NCBI GenBank assembly: GCA_035063765.1
Contig: JAPSFT010000001.1
Coordinates: 7,497 to 71,496 of the forward strand
Direction: 5' to 3'
From: Deltaproteobacteria bacterium
GTDB taxonomy: Bacteria; Myxococcota_A; UBA9160; PR03
Length of the DNA stretch: 64,000 nt
Made by a program: the position numbers and the translations under genes. Every line of letters begins with the position of its first letter. The stretch's first letter is position 1. Shown piece by piece: positions 8,598 through 17,173 of the stretch. The notes under the pieces were generated by a model that worked only from the letters and a program-made list of their open reading frames with translations, searched no databases and was not told the origin of the DNA.

Positions 8598-9512
8598 TCA
8601 CGTGCGACCGCGCTCCTCGTGGGCCGCCACGGGTCGCCGGTGGGCCCGCGAGGCTCGCGGCGCACGGGCGCGGCGCGCTGCGGCGGCCGCGAGCGCGAAG
8701 GCAGCGGCCGGGGCTGCGGCGCCGGCACCCGGCTCCGGCACGAAGATCGCGAAGTCCTGCACGTCGGCCGCGACCGCCGCGATCGGCGGGCCGTTGTTCG
8801 TGGCGTGGCTCACGACGAACGCCTGGTCGGGCTCCATCGCGTCGAAGCTCGCGCTGCTCGTCGCCTCGGTCTCGAACCCCTCGCTCCCGACGGTGAGCGC
8901 GGCCTGTGCGGTGCGTGCGGTCTGGTCGAAGCGCAGCTCGATCTCGAAGGCGTCGCCGGCGCGGATCGCCTCGTCCGCGCTCTCGGTGAGGAACACGTCG
9001 TCGTAGCCGGCGAGCCCGATCGGGGAGAGGTTGCTCACCGCGAGCCGCAGCGGGCCGCCCTGGAAGTCGAGCAGGTAGCCCGCGGCGCCGTTCGCGATGG
9101 CGGTGTCGAAGAGCGTCACGCCCGTGGCCAGGAACTGCCCGGTCTCGACCACCTCGAAGCCGTCGAAGCGGCCGCGCACCCCGATCGGGACCCCTTCGGC
9201 GAAGGAGACCGGCACTGCGCCGCCGGAGAACTGCACGAGCGCGCTCGAGGATTCCGGCTCCGTGAGCCGGATCAGCATCTCGCCGCCCGTCACCGTCGGC
9301 GCAAGCGGGAGCGGATCCCCCTCGCGGCGGACGACCATGCCCCCGAAGCCCGGCGTGTCCACCTCCGGCGTCAGCGGGAATGCGCTCTCACCCGCGAAGT
9401 CCTCCAGGTAGACGGGCGCCCCGAGGTCCGCGAGGAGATCGGACGCGTGGGCGGCGCCTTCCGGAGCGCAGGCTGCCAGAACCAGGATCCACCGTGCCCA
9501 CGCCGACCCCAT
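8598..9512 (-). CDS. PEP-CTERM domain secreted protein, function unknown
   Basis: ATG at 9512 is in frame with ORF 8598..9827. It has a signal peptide (WARWILVLAACAPEGAAHA). A C-terminal FVPEPGAGAAAPAAAFALAAAAARRARAP motif is followed by about 20 extra residues. Confidence 0.7.
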   Translation of the reverse strand: MGSAWARWILVLAACAPEGAAHASDLLADLGAPVYLEDFAGESAFPLTPEVDTPGFGGMVVRREGDPLPLAPTVTGGEMLIRLTEPESSSALVQFSGGAVPVSFAEGVPIGVRGRFDGFEVVETGQFLATGVTLFDTAIANGAAGYLLDFQGGPLRLAVSNLSPIGLAGYDDVFLTESADEAIRAGDAFEIELRFDQTARTAQAALTVGSEGFETEATSSASFDAMEPDQAFVVSHATNNGPPIAAVAADVQDFAIFVPEPGAGAAAPAAAFALAAAAARRARAPRASRAHRRPVAAHEERGRT

Positions 9513-9799
9513 GCCCCCACCTCCGCCGCTACACCCGTGCCAGCGCTGCACCCGGATCGGCGGATCGCCGAACACGCCTCTCGCGGGGCCGCGCCGTCCC
9601 CGAAACGGCCGGCAATCCCGCGGGTATAGCTCGCGGGGGCGTCCGATGCCCCCGCGCGGATCGGCCGCCATCCCTGCTCGAGCGATGCGGGTATCATCGG
9701 CCGCAGGCGCCAGCAGGAGACGGTGCCCCCGACGCTGCGGTTCCTGCTCCCCCGAGCCGCGCACCCACCGCGACGTCCCGACGAGAAGGAACCGAACCG

Positions 9800-10255
9800 A
9801 TGCGGCGCTTCGCCGAGACGATCGCAATCACGGCCGCCCCCGAGCGGGTGTGGCGCGCGCTCACCGATCCAGCCGAGGTGGTGGCCTGGGACACCGGGAT
9901 CGTCGCGCCGATCGACGCGCCGCCCGACTATCCCCGACCGGGGCAGCAGGTCCGCTGGCGCTATCGGCTCGGGCCGCTGCCGCTGGTCCTGCACGATCGC
10001 CCGTCAGAGGTCGTCCCCGCCGCGACCCTGCGCTCGTCGATCGACCTCGGCCCCTTCACCTTCGACGAGACCTACACGCTCCGCGCCGAGGGCGCGACGA
10101 CGCACCTGACCGCCGACCTGTCGCTCGCGAGCACCCTGCCCCTCGCCGGTCCGTTGCTCGAGACGCTGATCGGCGCGCCCCTCGCGCGCTCGACGGTGCG
10201 ACTCTCGCTCGCCGCCATCAAACGACACTGCGAGGGAACGGGGTCGCCCGCCTGA
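9800..10255 (+). CDS. SRPBCC (START/Bet v1/AHSA1-like) family protein
   Basis: ATG at 9800 is preceded by GAAGGA. The N-terminus MRRFAETIAITAAPERVWRALTDPAEVVAW is typical of SRPBCC ligand-binding proteins. Confidence 0.75.
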   Translation: MRRFAETIAITAAPERVWRALTDPAEVVAWDTGIVAPIDAPPDYPRPGQQVRWRYRLGPLPLVLHDRPSEVVPAATLRSSIDLGPFTFDETYTLRAEGATTHLTADLSLASTLPLAGPLLETLIGAPLARSTVRLSLAAIKRHCEGTGSPA

Positions 10256-10370
10256 GATCCGTGGTGGGGGCCTCGGGGAGCCGCAATCCCCGGGATCGCG
10301 GGAAGCACGGGGACCGGCGACGATGCCGGCCCCCGCGCCCGCGATGGCGAAGGACGCTGCGCGCCGCGCG

Positions 10371-11255
10371 CTAGGGCTGGCGCGGCGTCTGGTACTCGAT
10401 GCCGATCCGGCCGAGCCGGATCTTGAACTCCTTCAGCACCGTGTCGGCCAGCACGCGCTCCATGTCCTCGGGCTGCATCGTCGCGAGGTCGACGCCCTGG
10501 TACTGCGCCTTGGCGCGCGGGAGGCCGGCCTCGGCCTCGAGGCGGTCCATCTCGGCCGCCATCGGGTTGTTCCGGAACGAGTCCGCGAAGGTGGCGAGCA
10601 TGTAGTAGGACATGTCCTTCTGCATGCGCTCGATCTCGGCCTTCTTCTCGGGCTGCTCGCGGATCAGCGACCCGATCCGGTTCTCGCCGAAGCCCACGTG
10701 GCGGCGCTCGTCGGCGATGGTGCCGGCGAGGGTGCGCGCGAACTTCGGGTTCATGTCGTTCGAGAGCGCCTGCATCATCTCGAAGACGCTGAAGGCCATG
10801 CCTTCGAGCACGATGTTCTGGCCGACCACGCCGGCCACGAAGTCCTTCTTGTCGACCTTCTCGAGCAGGACCTCGGCGAACTTCACGAGGTTCGGGTTGG
10901 CGTACTGCTTGATCACGTCCTCGAGGTCGTTCTTCTTGACCCCGAGGTCGTAGAGGCGCTGCGTGAAGATCTCGACGTGGCGGGCCTCGTCGAGGGTCTG
11001 GGTTGCGAGGAAGCGCTTGCTCGCCTCGTCGGGAGCGGCGTTGATGAGGCCCGAGGAGGCCGCGAGCGCACAGCGCTCGCCGGCGACGAGCTGCACCGTG
11101 GTGCGGATCGTCTCGGTGAGCAGCACCTCGTTGTCGAGGATCACCTCGGGCTCCTTCTGGCCCGGCTCGTGCCCGAACTCGGTGTTCGTCAGGTAGCCCT
11201 GGGGACAGGATTCGAGCCAGTGCTGGACCGAATACATCGAGAGGAAGTCGGACAT
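10371..11255 (-). CDS. ferritin-like class II di-iron carboxylate protein (two DExRH motifs)
   Basis: 294-aa ORF with LDEARHVE and ADERRHVG (DExRH twice), plus VLEGMAF. It has a duplicated AAGGAG Shine-Dalgarno and a non-junk amino-acid composition. Confidence 0.75.
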   Translation of the reverse strand: MSDFLSMYSVQHWLESCPQGYLTNTEFGHEPGQKEPEVILDNEVLLTETIRTTVQLVAGERCALAASSGLINAAPDEASKRFLATQTLDEARHVEIFTQRLYDLGVKKNDLEDVIKQYANPNLVKFAEVLLEKVDKKDFVAGVVGQNIVLEGMAFSVFEMMQALSNDMNPKFARTLAGTIADERRHVGFGENRIGSLIREQPEKKAEIERMQKDMSYYMLATFADSFRNNPMAAEMDRLEAEAGLPRAKAQYQGVDLATMQPEDMERVLADTVLKEFKIRLGRIGIEYQTPRQP

Positions 11256-11282
11256 GACGCTCCTTGCTCCTTGGGCGCTCGA

Positions 11283-11298
11283 CGGACCGATCGGTCCG
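11283..11298. promoter_or_regulatory. perfect 16-bp palindrome CGGACCGATCGGTCCG just upstream of the Shine-Dalgarno of the di-iron protein gene
   Basis: Read directly from the sequence. It lies 28 nt upstream of ATG 11255 (minus-strand gene). Confidence 0.35.
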
Positions 11299-11321
11299 CC
11301 GGTGGGCCGAATGTAGCAAGG

Positions 11322-11349
11322 AAAAAGGCCGCCGCCCGACCGGTCGGCC
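11322..11349 (-). terminator. intrinsic terminator after the cyt-b/molybdoenzyme gene
   Basis: The minus strand reads GGCCGaCCG-gtcggg-CGGCGGCC followed directly by TTTTT. That is an 8-bp GC stem with one bulge and a 6-nt loop. Confidence 0.55.
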
Positions 11350-11358
11350 GGGAGTGGA

Positions 11359-13089
11359 TCAGATCGGGGCCCGGTAGCCGTAGAACTCGTGGTCCTCGTT
11401 GTAGCCGCCCTGCCCTGCCCCGAGGTGCCGGAAGTCCGCCACCAGCTCGATCGCCTCGATCCACTTCACCTGCTTGAAGCCGAGCTCGTTCTCGCAGCGC
11501 AGCCGGAGGGGCGCCCCGTGGGTGACCCCGAGGGGCCGCCCGTTCATCTCGTAGGCGAGGAGGGTCAGGAAGTGGCCCATGTTCGCGAGCGAGTGGACGT
11601 CGTAGTAGCGGCCGCCCTCGGAGCCCAAGGCGAGGGAGTAGAAGACGGCGAAGCGGGCCCCGGGGAGGGGACGCACGAGGCGCAGGACCTCCCGGACCGG
11701 GACGCCGCCCCAGCGGGCGACGCCCGACCAGCCCTGGATGCAGAAGTGCGCGGTGATCTGCTCCTGCTTCGGCAGCGCTCGGAGCTCGGCGAGCGAGAGC
11801 TCCCGGGGAGCCTCCACGAGCCCGTCCACCCGCAGCCGGTAGCTCGCGAAGCGATCGCGCAGGAGGGCGTCGTAGGCGGGTGAGCTCGGGGGCGTGCCGT
11901 TCACCCAGAGATGGGGCGAGACCTCGGACTCGCGGTAGCGGGTCGTCACGTCCCACCACTCGCCGAGGGCCGCGAGCCACCCGACCAGCCGCTGCCCCCC
12001 CTGCTGGACCCGCCTCGGGTAGCGGAGGGTCAAGGGGGATGCTGCCAGCCAGACCAGCAGCACGGCTCCCATGGCCAGCGCGAAGAGCAAGAGGCCGGCC
12101 GGGCTCGCGTCGTTCCGCCCTGCGAACATGTGGTTCAGGTTGTGTCGCAGCCCGGTGACGAAGACCATCGTGACGTGCACGCACACGAAGAGCACGAACC
12201 AGCACAGCACCAGGAAGTGGAGCGAGCGGGCGGCCTGGCGGTTCGCGGCCCGCCCGGAGCGGCCGAGCTTGTTCGCGATGGCCGGCGCCTGGAGGAGGCC
12301 GGTCACGATCGCCAGCGGTGCGGCGACGAACACCGTCACGAAGTAGGCGAGCTTCTGGAGGGCGTTGAAGGCGACCCATCCGTCGTTGGGCGGCAGCTCG
12401 AGCGACAGGTACTGGAGGGCCGTCGAGAGCGCGTTCGGGAAGATCTCCCAGGAGGTCGGCACGAGCCGCTGCCACTGGTGGGTGGCGAAGAGGAGCAGGT
12501 AGAAGACCGCTCCGTTCACGATCCACAGCAGGTCGAAGGAGAAGTGCCACCAGCGCGCCAGCCCGATCGAGTGGCGGATGCCGGGAATGCCCAGCCAGCC
12601 GGGGAGCGTCACGGAGTCGTCCTTGGCGGTCCAGAGCCGATCCTTCGGCACCTCGTGCTGGAAGCGGAACCACTCGCTCCCGGGCGTGCAATCGCGGTTC
12701 CAGTACAGGCGCGGGTGGTCGGCCAGGATCTGGAGACCGGCGCGGGCGATGAGCGTCAGGAAGAGCAGGTTCAGGAAGTGCTGCGCGCGCAGCCACGCGG
12801 GATAGCCCGCGGAGTCGGCCCGCACCGAGCGAACGGTGCCCGGATAGCGGGCGAGGAACGCCTGCACGGGCGCGAGCTCGCGGAGCTCCTGGCCGACCGC
12901 GATCGCGACGAGGAGGACCAGGCCGCCGAGCGGGATCAGCCAGAAGACACCGAACCAGCGGCCTCCGATCCGGACGTGGGGCAGCGTGCCCGACCGGGGC
13001 GGGATCCAGCGGTCGAGCCGGAGCCGGTCGTCAGCGGGCGCGAGCGCCGCCTCGAGGGGATCGGATCGCGGGGGTCCGTCTCGTTCCAT
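11359..13089 (-). CDS. fused cytochrome b (b561/Ni-hydrogenase cyt-b type) membrane domain and molybdopterin-dependent oxidoreductase (YedY/MsrP, sulfite-oxidase fold)
   Basis: The N-terminal part is multi-TM with conserved His (HFLNLLFLTLIARAG, RWWHFSFDLLWIV, HFLVLCWFVLFVCVHV). The C-terminal part reads ITAHFCIQGWSGVARWGGVPVREVL ... HGAPLRLRCENELGFKQVKWI. Confidence 0.8.
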   Translation of the reverse strand: MERDGPPRSDPLEAALAPADDRLRLDRWIPPRSGTLPHVRIGGRWFGVFWLIPLGGLVLLVAIAVGQELRELAPVQAFLARYPGTVRSVRADSAGYPAWLRAQHFLNLLFLTLIARAGLQILADHPRLYWNRDCTPGSEWFRFQHEVPKDRLWTAKDDSVTLPGWLGIPGIRHSIGLARWWHFSFDLLWIVNGAVFYLLLFATHQWQRLVPTSWEIFPNALSTALQYLSLELPPNDGWVAFNALQKLAYFVTVFVAAPLAIVTGLLQAPAIANKLGRSGRAANRQAARSLHFLVLCWFVLFVCVHVTMVFVTGLRHNLNHMFAGRNDASPAGLLLFALAMGAVLLVWLAASPLTLRYPRRVQQGGQRLVGWLAALGEWWDVTTRYRESEVSPHLWVNGTPPSSPAYDALLRDRFASYRLRVDGLVEAPRELSLAELRALPKQEQITAHFCIQGWSGVARWGGVPVREVLRLVRPLPGARFAVFYSLALGSEGGRYYDVHSLANMGHFLTLLAYEMNGRPLGVTHGAPLRLRCENELGFKQVKWIEAIELVADFRHLGAGQGGYNEDHEFYGYRAPI

Positions 13090-14713
13090 CGGCCTGCTCG
13101 GGGGATAGCCGATGCGAGAGCCTGCGCAGGCGAGCCAGGCCGAGGAGCGCGCCCACCGCCGCGGCGGCGAGCAGGCCCCCGCCCGGCTCGGGCACGGGCG
13201 TGCAGGCGACGCCCGCGGGCGCGCGCACCGCGCTGAGCGAGGCGGCGCCGACCGCGACCGGCACGTGGAGGTCCCCGAACGCGATCGTGAGCGTCGCGGC
13301 CGGCCCCGGGTTGAGCACGATCGCCGCCGGGCGCCCCTCCGGGCTGCAGACGCCGGTCGCGATCGCCCCCGTTTCCGGGGTGACCGAGGTCTCGAGCACC
13401 GCGGAGCCCGGGGGCCCGAAGCGCGACACGATCGCCAGCACGTCCCACTCGAGCTCGCGCACCCACGAGCCGTCGCCCGGGTCGATCGTCACGACGCCCC
13501 AGCAGGTCTCGCAGCCGCCGAGATGCGGGCCGTTGTCGGGATCCAGCGCGAAGTTCCAGAGCAGCGAGGCGTTGGCCCAGTGGTTCCAGTCGTTCAGGAT
13601 CCGATGCGCGGTCGCCTGGAAGGCCTGCGCGCGCGTGCCGAGCCACTCGCCGGCGGAGCACTCGGTCTGCCAGATCTCGAGGTCGGGCCAGGCGTCGTGG
13701 ATCGCCTCGTTCGCGACGATCTGGTCGCCGCCGTAGCAGTGGAGCGCGGTGCCGGCGATCGGGAAGATGCGGCCCGTCTCGGCCATCACCTCGAAGGGGA
13801 ACGAGGGTGGGGCCGGCCCCGCGCAGGTGCCCGGGAAGCGCGCGTCGCACCAGTTGTGGTCCCAGATCAGGACGCGGGTTGCGAGCCCGGCCTCGGCGAG
13901 GGCCGGGCCCAGGTGCTCGCGCAGCAGCCGGGCCTGCTGGTCGGGAAACATCACCATCGAGGGGTAGGTGGACTGGAACGCCGCCGGCTCGTTCTGCACC
14001 GTGAGCCACCCGACCGGGATCCCCTCGTCGCCGTACGCCTCGACGAAGCGGACCAGGTAGCGTGCGAAGGCGTCCTCGAACGCCGGCACGAGCGAGCTGC
14101 CGAGGAGGAAAAAGCCCCCCTCCTTCATCCAGCCCGGCGCGCTCCACGGGCTGCCCATGATCTCGACGTCGGGCCGGATCGCCAGGATCTCCTGCAGCAC
14201 GGGGATCACCCACTGGCGGTCGCGCTCGATCGAGAAGGTCGTGAGCTCGGGATCGGGGACCGGCGACTCGGCGAGGCTCCGGTGCTCGAGCGAGAAGTCG
14301 GACGCGCCGATCGCGAGCCGCACCACCGAGACGCCCGCCTGCGCGGGATCGAAGAGCGACGCGAGCAGCGCGTGCCGCTCGGCCGCCGGGAGCCCGGCGA
14401 TCAGCCACGCCGACGACTCCGTCAGGGCCGCACCGACCCCGCGGAGGCGCTGGCGCGGCCGATCGAGCGCGATGGCCACCGCGGCACCGCCCGGCGCCAC
14501 GGGCTCCACCGGCCGCTGCGAGGCCTCGACCCGCTGCGCACCGTCCCCGCTCGACGTCACGACGTCGAGGAGCACCGGCTCCGCGCCCGCCGCGGGAGCA
14601 AGGGCACCCGAGGCGAGGAGGAGCAGCGAGGCGGCGCTCGCGACGGCGCGCGAGCGAAGCCGGCACGCCGCAACCCGCTCGCTGCGCCCGTGCTCCGAGT
14701 GCGCAGCTCGCAT
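13031..14713 (-). CDS. glycoside hydrolase family 30 (glucosylceramidase-like) with PEP-CTERM-type tail
   Basis: ATG at 14713 is in frame with ORF 13031..15085, and a signal peptide is present. GH30-like motifs are IMGSPWSAPGWMKEGG, WLTVQNEP and WQTECS. The C-terminal PVPEPGGGLLAAAAVGALLGLARLRRLS is followed by about 30 extra residues, which overlap the next gene by 59 nt. Confidence 0.8.
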   Translation of the reverse strand: MRAAHSEHGRSERVAACRLRSRAVASAASLLLLASGALAPAAGAEPVLLDVVTSSGDGAQRVEASQRPVEPVAPGGAAVAIALDRPRQRLRGVGAALTESSAWLIAGLPAAERHALLASLFDPAQAGVSVVRLAIGASDFSLEHRSLAESPVPDPELTTFSIERDRQWVIPVLQEILAIRPDVEIMGSPWSAPGWMKEGGFFLLGSSLVPAFEDAFARYLVRFVEAYGDEGIPVGWLTVQNEPAAFQSTYPSMVMFPDQQARLLREHLGPALAEAGLATRVLIWDHNWCDARFPGTCAGPAPPSFPFEVMAETGRIFPIAGTALHCYGGDQIVANEAIHDAWPDLEIWQTECSAGEWLGTRAQAFQATAHRILNDWNHWANASLLWNFALDPDNGPHLGGCETCWGVVTIDPGDGSWVRELEWDVLAIVSRFGPPGSAVLETSVTPETGAIATGVCSPEGRPAAIVLNPGPAATLTIAFGDLHVPVAVGAASLSAVRAPAGVACTPVPEPGGGLLAAAAVGALLGLARLRRLSHRLSPEQADGTRRTPAIRSPRGGARAR

Positions 14714-14738
14714 CGCGCGCCTCCTGCCTCCGGCCGCG

Positions 14739-15503
14739 CTACGGAGCCGCGGCTCCGCCTTCCGCTGGCTGCGTGCCCGCGTGGAGCTCCGCGAGCCGCG
14801 CCTGGATGTACGGCGGCATCCGGTAGTCGGGGGCCTCGACCTGCAGGCGCGCGTAGAGCGCGAGCGCCTCGTCGGGCCTGCCGGCGTCGGCCCACGTGCG
14901 GGCGGCGTCGGCCAGCGCCTCGCTGCGAAGCGGATAGCCAGGGGTGTCCGCGGCGGCGAGGTGGGCGCGCGCCGCGGCCTCGTAGTCGCCGGCCGCCTCG
15001 GCGAGCGCGGCCACCCGCTGCAGGACGACGCCCCGCATGGGCGAGTCCTCCGGGAGCGCGTCGGCGGCGGACTGCACGATCGCACGCGCGGGCTCGGGCG
15101 CGCCGAGCGCCTCGTAGATCCGGCTCGCCTCGAGCGCCGCGAGCGCCTGCGCGGGCGTTCCCTCGTGCTCGCGCGCGAAGCGCGCGAAGCGCTCCACGAA
15201 GTCGGTGCGAACCTGGCGCGCGGTCTCGGGATTCGCAGGCTCCGGCACCTCGGCGCCCAGGCTCTCGCCGCCCATCGCCGTGACGTACTCGCGCTGGATC
15301 GTCGCGAGCGCCGCCGAAGCCTCGTTCGCCGACGACGCCCGCCAGGCGCGCGCCCCGCCGAGCCCGGCTGCGATCAGCAGGATGGCGCCGGCCGTGCCGA
15401 GCACGATCAGGGGGTTCGCCGAGACCCAGTGCGCGAGGCGGTCCCCCAGCGACTCGAGCTGGGCGAGCGTGTCGGGATGGGCGTCCTTGTGGTGCTGCGC
15501 CAA
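14739..15503 (-). CDS. YfgM-like membrane-anchored TPR protein
   Basis: The only plausible start is TTG at 15503 (GGAG 9 nt upstream), in frame with ORF 14739..17216. It has one TM helix (ANPLIVLGTAGAILLIAAGLGG) followed by a TPR-like helical domain. It lies directly downstream of der, and yfgM and der are neighbours in enterobacteria. Confidence 0.65.
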   Translation of the reverse strand: MAQHHKDAHPDTLAQLESLGDRLAHWVSANPLIVLGTAGAILLIAAGLGGARAWRASSANEASAALATIQREYVTAMGGESLGAEVPEPANPETARQVRTDFVERFARFAREHEGTPAQALAALEASRIYEALGAPEPARAIVQSAADALPEDSPMRGVVLQRVAALAEAAGDYEAAARAHLAAADTPGYPLRSEALADAARTWADAGRPDEALALYARLQVEAPDYRMPPYIQARLAELHAGTQPAEGGAAAP

Positions 15504-15577
15504 GGGGTCTCCGAGGGCTCCTGGGATCTGGGAGCAGGCCGTCCTGCCGCCCGAGGAGCGGCGCAGTCTAGCCCCCC

Positions 15578-16963
15578 CTAGCCCTCCTTGCTGCGCCGTG
15601 CGCGGAGCTGGAGGCGCACCGGCGCGCCCTCGAGATCGAAGCGCTCGCGCAGCCGGTTCTCGAGGAAGCGCCGGTAGGACTCCTTCACCGCCGCCGGCTC
15701 GGTGCAGAAGAGGACGAAGGTCGGCGGGCGCTGCGCCACCTGGGTCGCGTAGAAGAACCTGAGCGGCCGCTTGCGGGGGCCGCGCTGGGCCATCGCGGGC
15801 TCGTGCGCCGCCACCGCGTCCTGGAGCCAGCGGTTCAGCTCCGGGGTCGGGATCCGCAGCCGCGTGGCGCGCGCGAGGCGGCGGGCGAGCGGGAAGATCC
15901 GCGGCAGGCGCAGGCCCGTGCGCGCCGAGACGGTCAGCACGGGGACGTCGGGGGCGAAGCGCAGCCGCTCGCGGATCGCCTCGCGGGCGCGGCGCGTGGC
16001 CTCGGCGTCGTCGCCGGCCAGGTCCCACTTGTTGACCAGGATCGCGGCCGCGCAGCCGCGCTGGCGCACGAGGCCGGCGAGCTGGACGTCGCCCTCCGTG
16101 AAGCCCTGGCTCGCGTCCGTCACGACGAGCGCCACCTCGGCGCGTTCGATCGCGCGCAGCGCCATCAGCGCGCTCGGCTTCTCGCCGACCCGGTCGCGCC
16201 GGCCCGGCCGGCGCAGGCCCGCGGTGTCCACGAGCACGTAGCGGCCGTCGGCGCGCTCGATCTCGAGGTCGATCGCGTCGCGCGTGGTGCCCGCCACGTT
16301 CGAGACCACCATCCGCTCCCTGCCGAGGAGCCGGTTGGCGAGCGAGCTCTTGCCGACGTTCGGGCGGCCGACGAGCGCGATGCGCACGGGCTCGGCGTCG
16401 CCCAGGGCTCCGCTCGCCTCCTCCTTGCCCTCGCCGGGCGACACCGGGAGGGCGCCCACCAGATCCTCGAAGGCGTCCCAGGCCCCTCTCCCGTGCTCCG
16501 CCGACACCGCTCGCACGCTCGCGAAGCCGAGCCGGTGGAACTCGCCGAGCGCGGCATCGTGGCGGGGGGCGTCGAGCTTGTTCACGACCAGCACGAGCGG
16601 GCGGCTCGTGCGCCGCAGCTCGCGCGCGATCGCCTCGTCCCCGGGCAGGAGCCCCGCCTGCCCGTCCACCACGAAGAGGACGGCGTCGGCCTCGGCGACC
16701 GCCGCGCGTGCCTGGGCCTGGACGGCGGCGTGGAGGTCCTCGCCCTCCCCGTCCCGGTCGGTGAGCGGCTCGAGGCCGGCCGTGTCCACCAGCAGCACGC
16801 GGCGATCCCCTGCCTCCACCTCCTCGACGATGCGATCGCGGGTGAGGCCGGGGTGGTCGTCTACGAGCGCGCGGCGGCGGCCGGCCAGCCGGTTGAAGAG
16901 CGTCGACTTGCCCACGTTGGGGCGGCCCACGATGGCGACGATCGGCAGCAGCGCGGAAGGCAT
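15578..16963 (-). CDS. der: ribosome-associated GTPase Der (EngA), tandem GTPase domains
   Basis: ATG at 16963 is in frame with ORF 15578..17263. There are two G domains (GRPNVGKSTLFNRL ... DTAG ... NKLD; GRPNVGKSSLANRL ... DTAG ... NKWD) and a C-terminal KH-like domain. Confidence 0.95.
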   Translation of the reverse strand: MPSALLPIVAIVGRPNVGKSTLFNRLAGRRRALVDDHPGLTRDRIVEEVEAGDRRVLLVDTAGLEPLTDRDGEGEDLHAAVQAQARAAVAEADAVLFVVDGQAGLLPGDEAIARELRRTSRPLVLVVNKLDAPRHDAALGEFHRLGFASVRAVSAEHGRGAWDAFEDLVGALPVSPGEGKEEASGALGDAEPVRIALVGRPNVGKSSLANRLLGRERMVVSNVAGTTRDAIDLEIERADGRYVLVDTAGLRRPGRRDRVGEKPSALMALRAIERAEVALVVTDASQGFTEGDVQLAGLVRQRGCAAAILVNKWDLAGDDAEATRRAREAIRERLRFAPDVPVLTVSARTGLRLPRIFPLARRLARATRLRIPTPELNRWLQDAVAAHEPAMAQRGPRKRPLRFFYATQVAQRPPTFVLFCTEPAAVKESYRRFLENRLRERFDLEGAPVRLQLRARRSKEG

Positions 16964-16994
16964 GGCGGGAATTTCCGGAAGGGGGCGGAGTTTC

Positions 16995-17024
16995 TTGACA
17001 ATCGCGCGCGCGCGCAAGTAGGCT
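16995..17024 (+). promoter_or_regulatory. sigma-70-like promoter candidate (TTGACA-N18-TAGGCT) upstream of 17174 gene
   Basis: TTGACA lies at 16995-17000, followed by an alternating CG spacer and TAGGCT at 17019-17024. This would give a leader of about 145 nt. Confidence 0.35.
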
Positions 17025-17173
17025 CGCGCGCGGGTGGCCGATGGGGCGGGCCTGCCGGGGGGGCGGGCAAGACCCATGGGCGCCAGCCCCTGGGAGCCGG
17101 ATCGCCCTCCGATCGCCTGCGATCGGAGCCGATCGGGCCCGCTCGGGCCACTCCGACCAAGAAGGAGACCGCC

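Noticed and set aside
11299-11321. GGCCTTTTTCCTTGCT upstream of the di-iron gene looked like a sigma-54 promoter.
   Set aside because: The GG-to-GC spacing is one nucleotide too long, and the T-run belongs to the upstream gene's intrinsic terminator.
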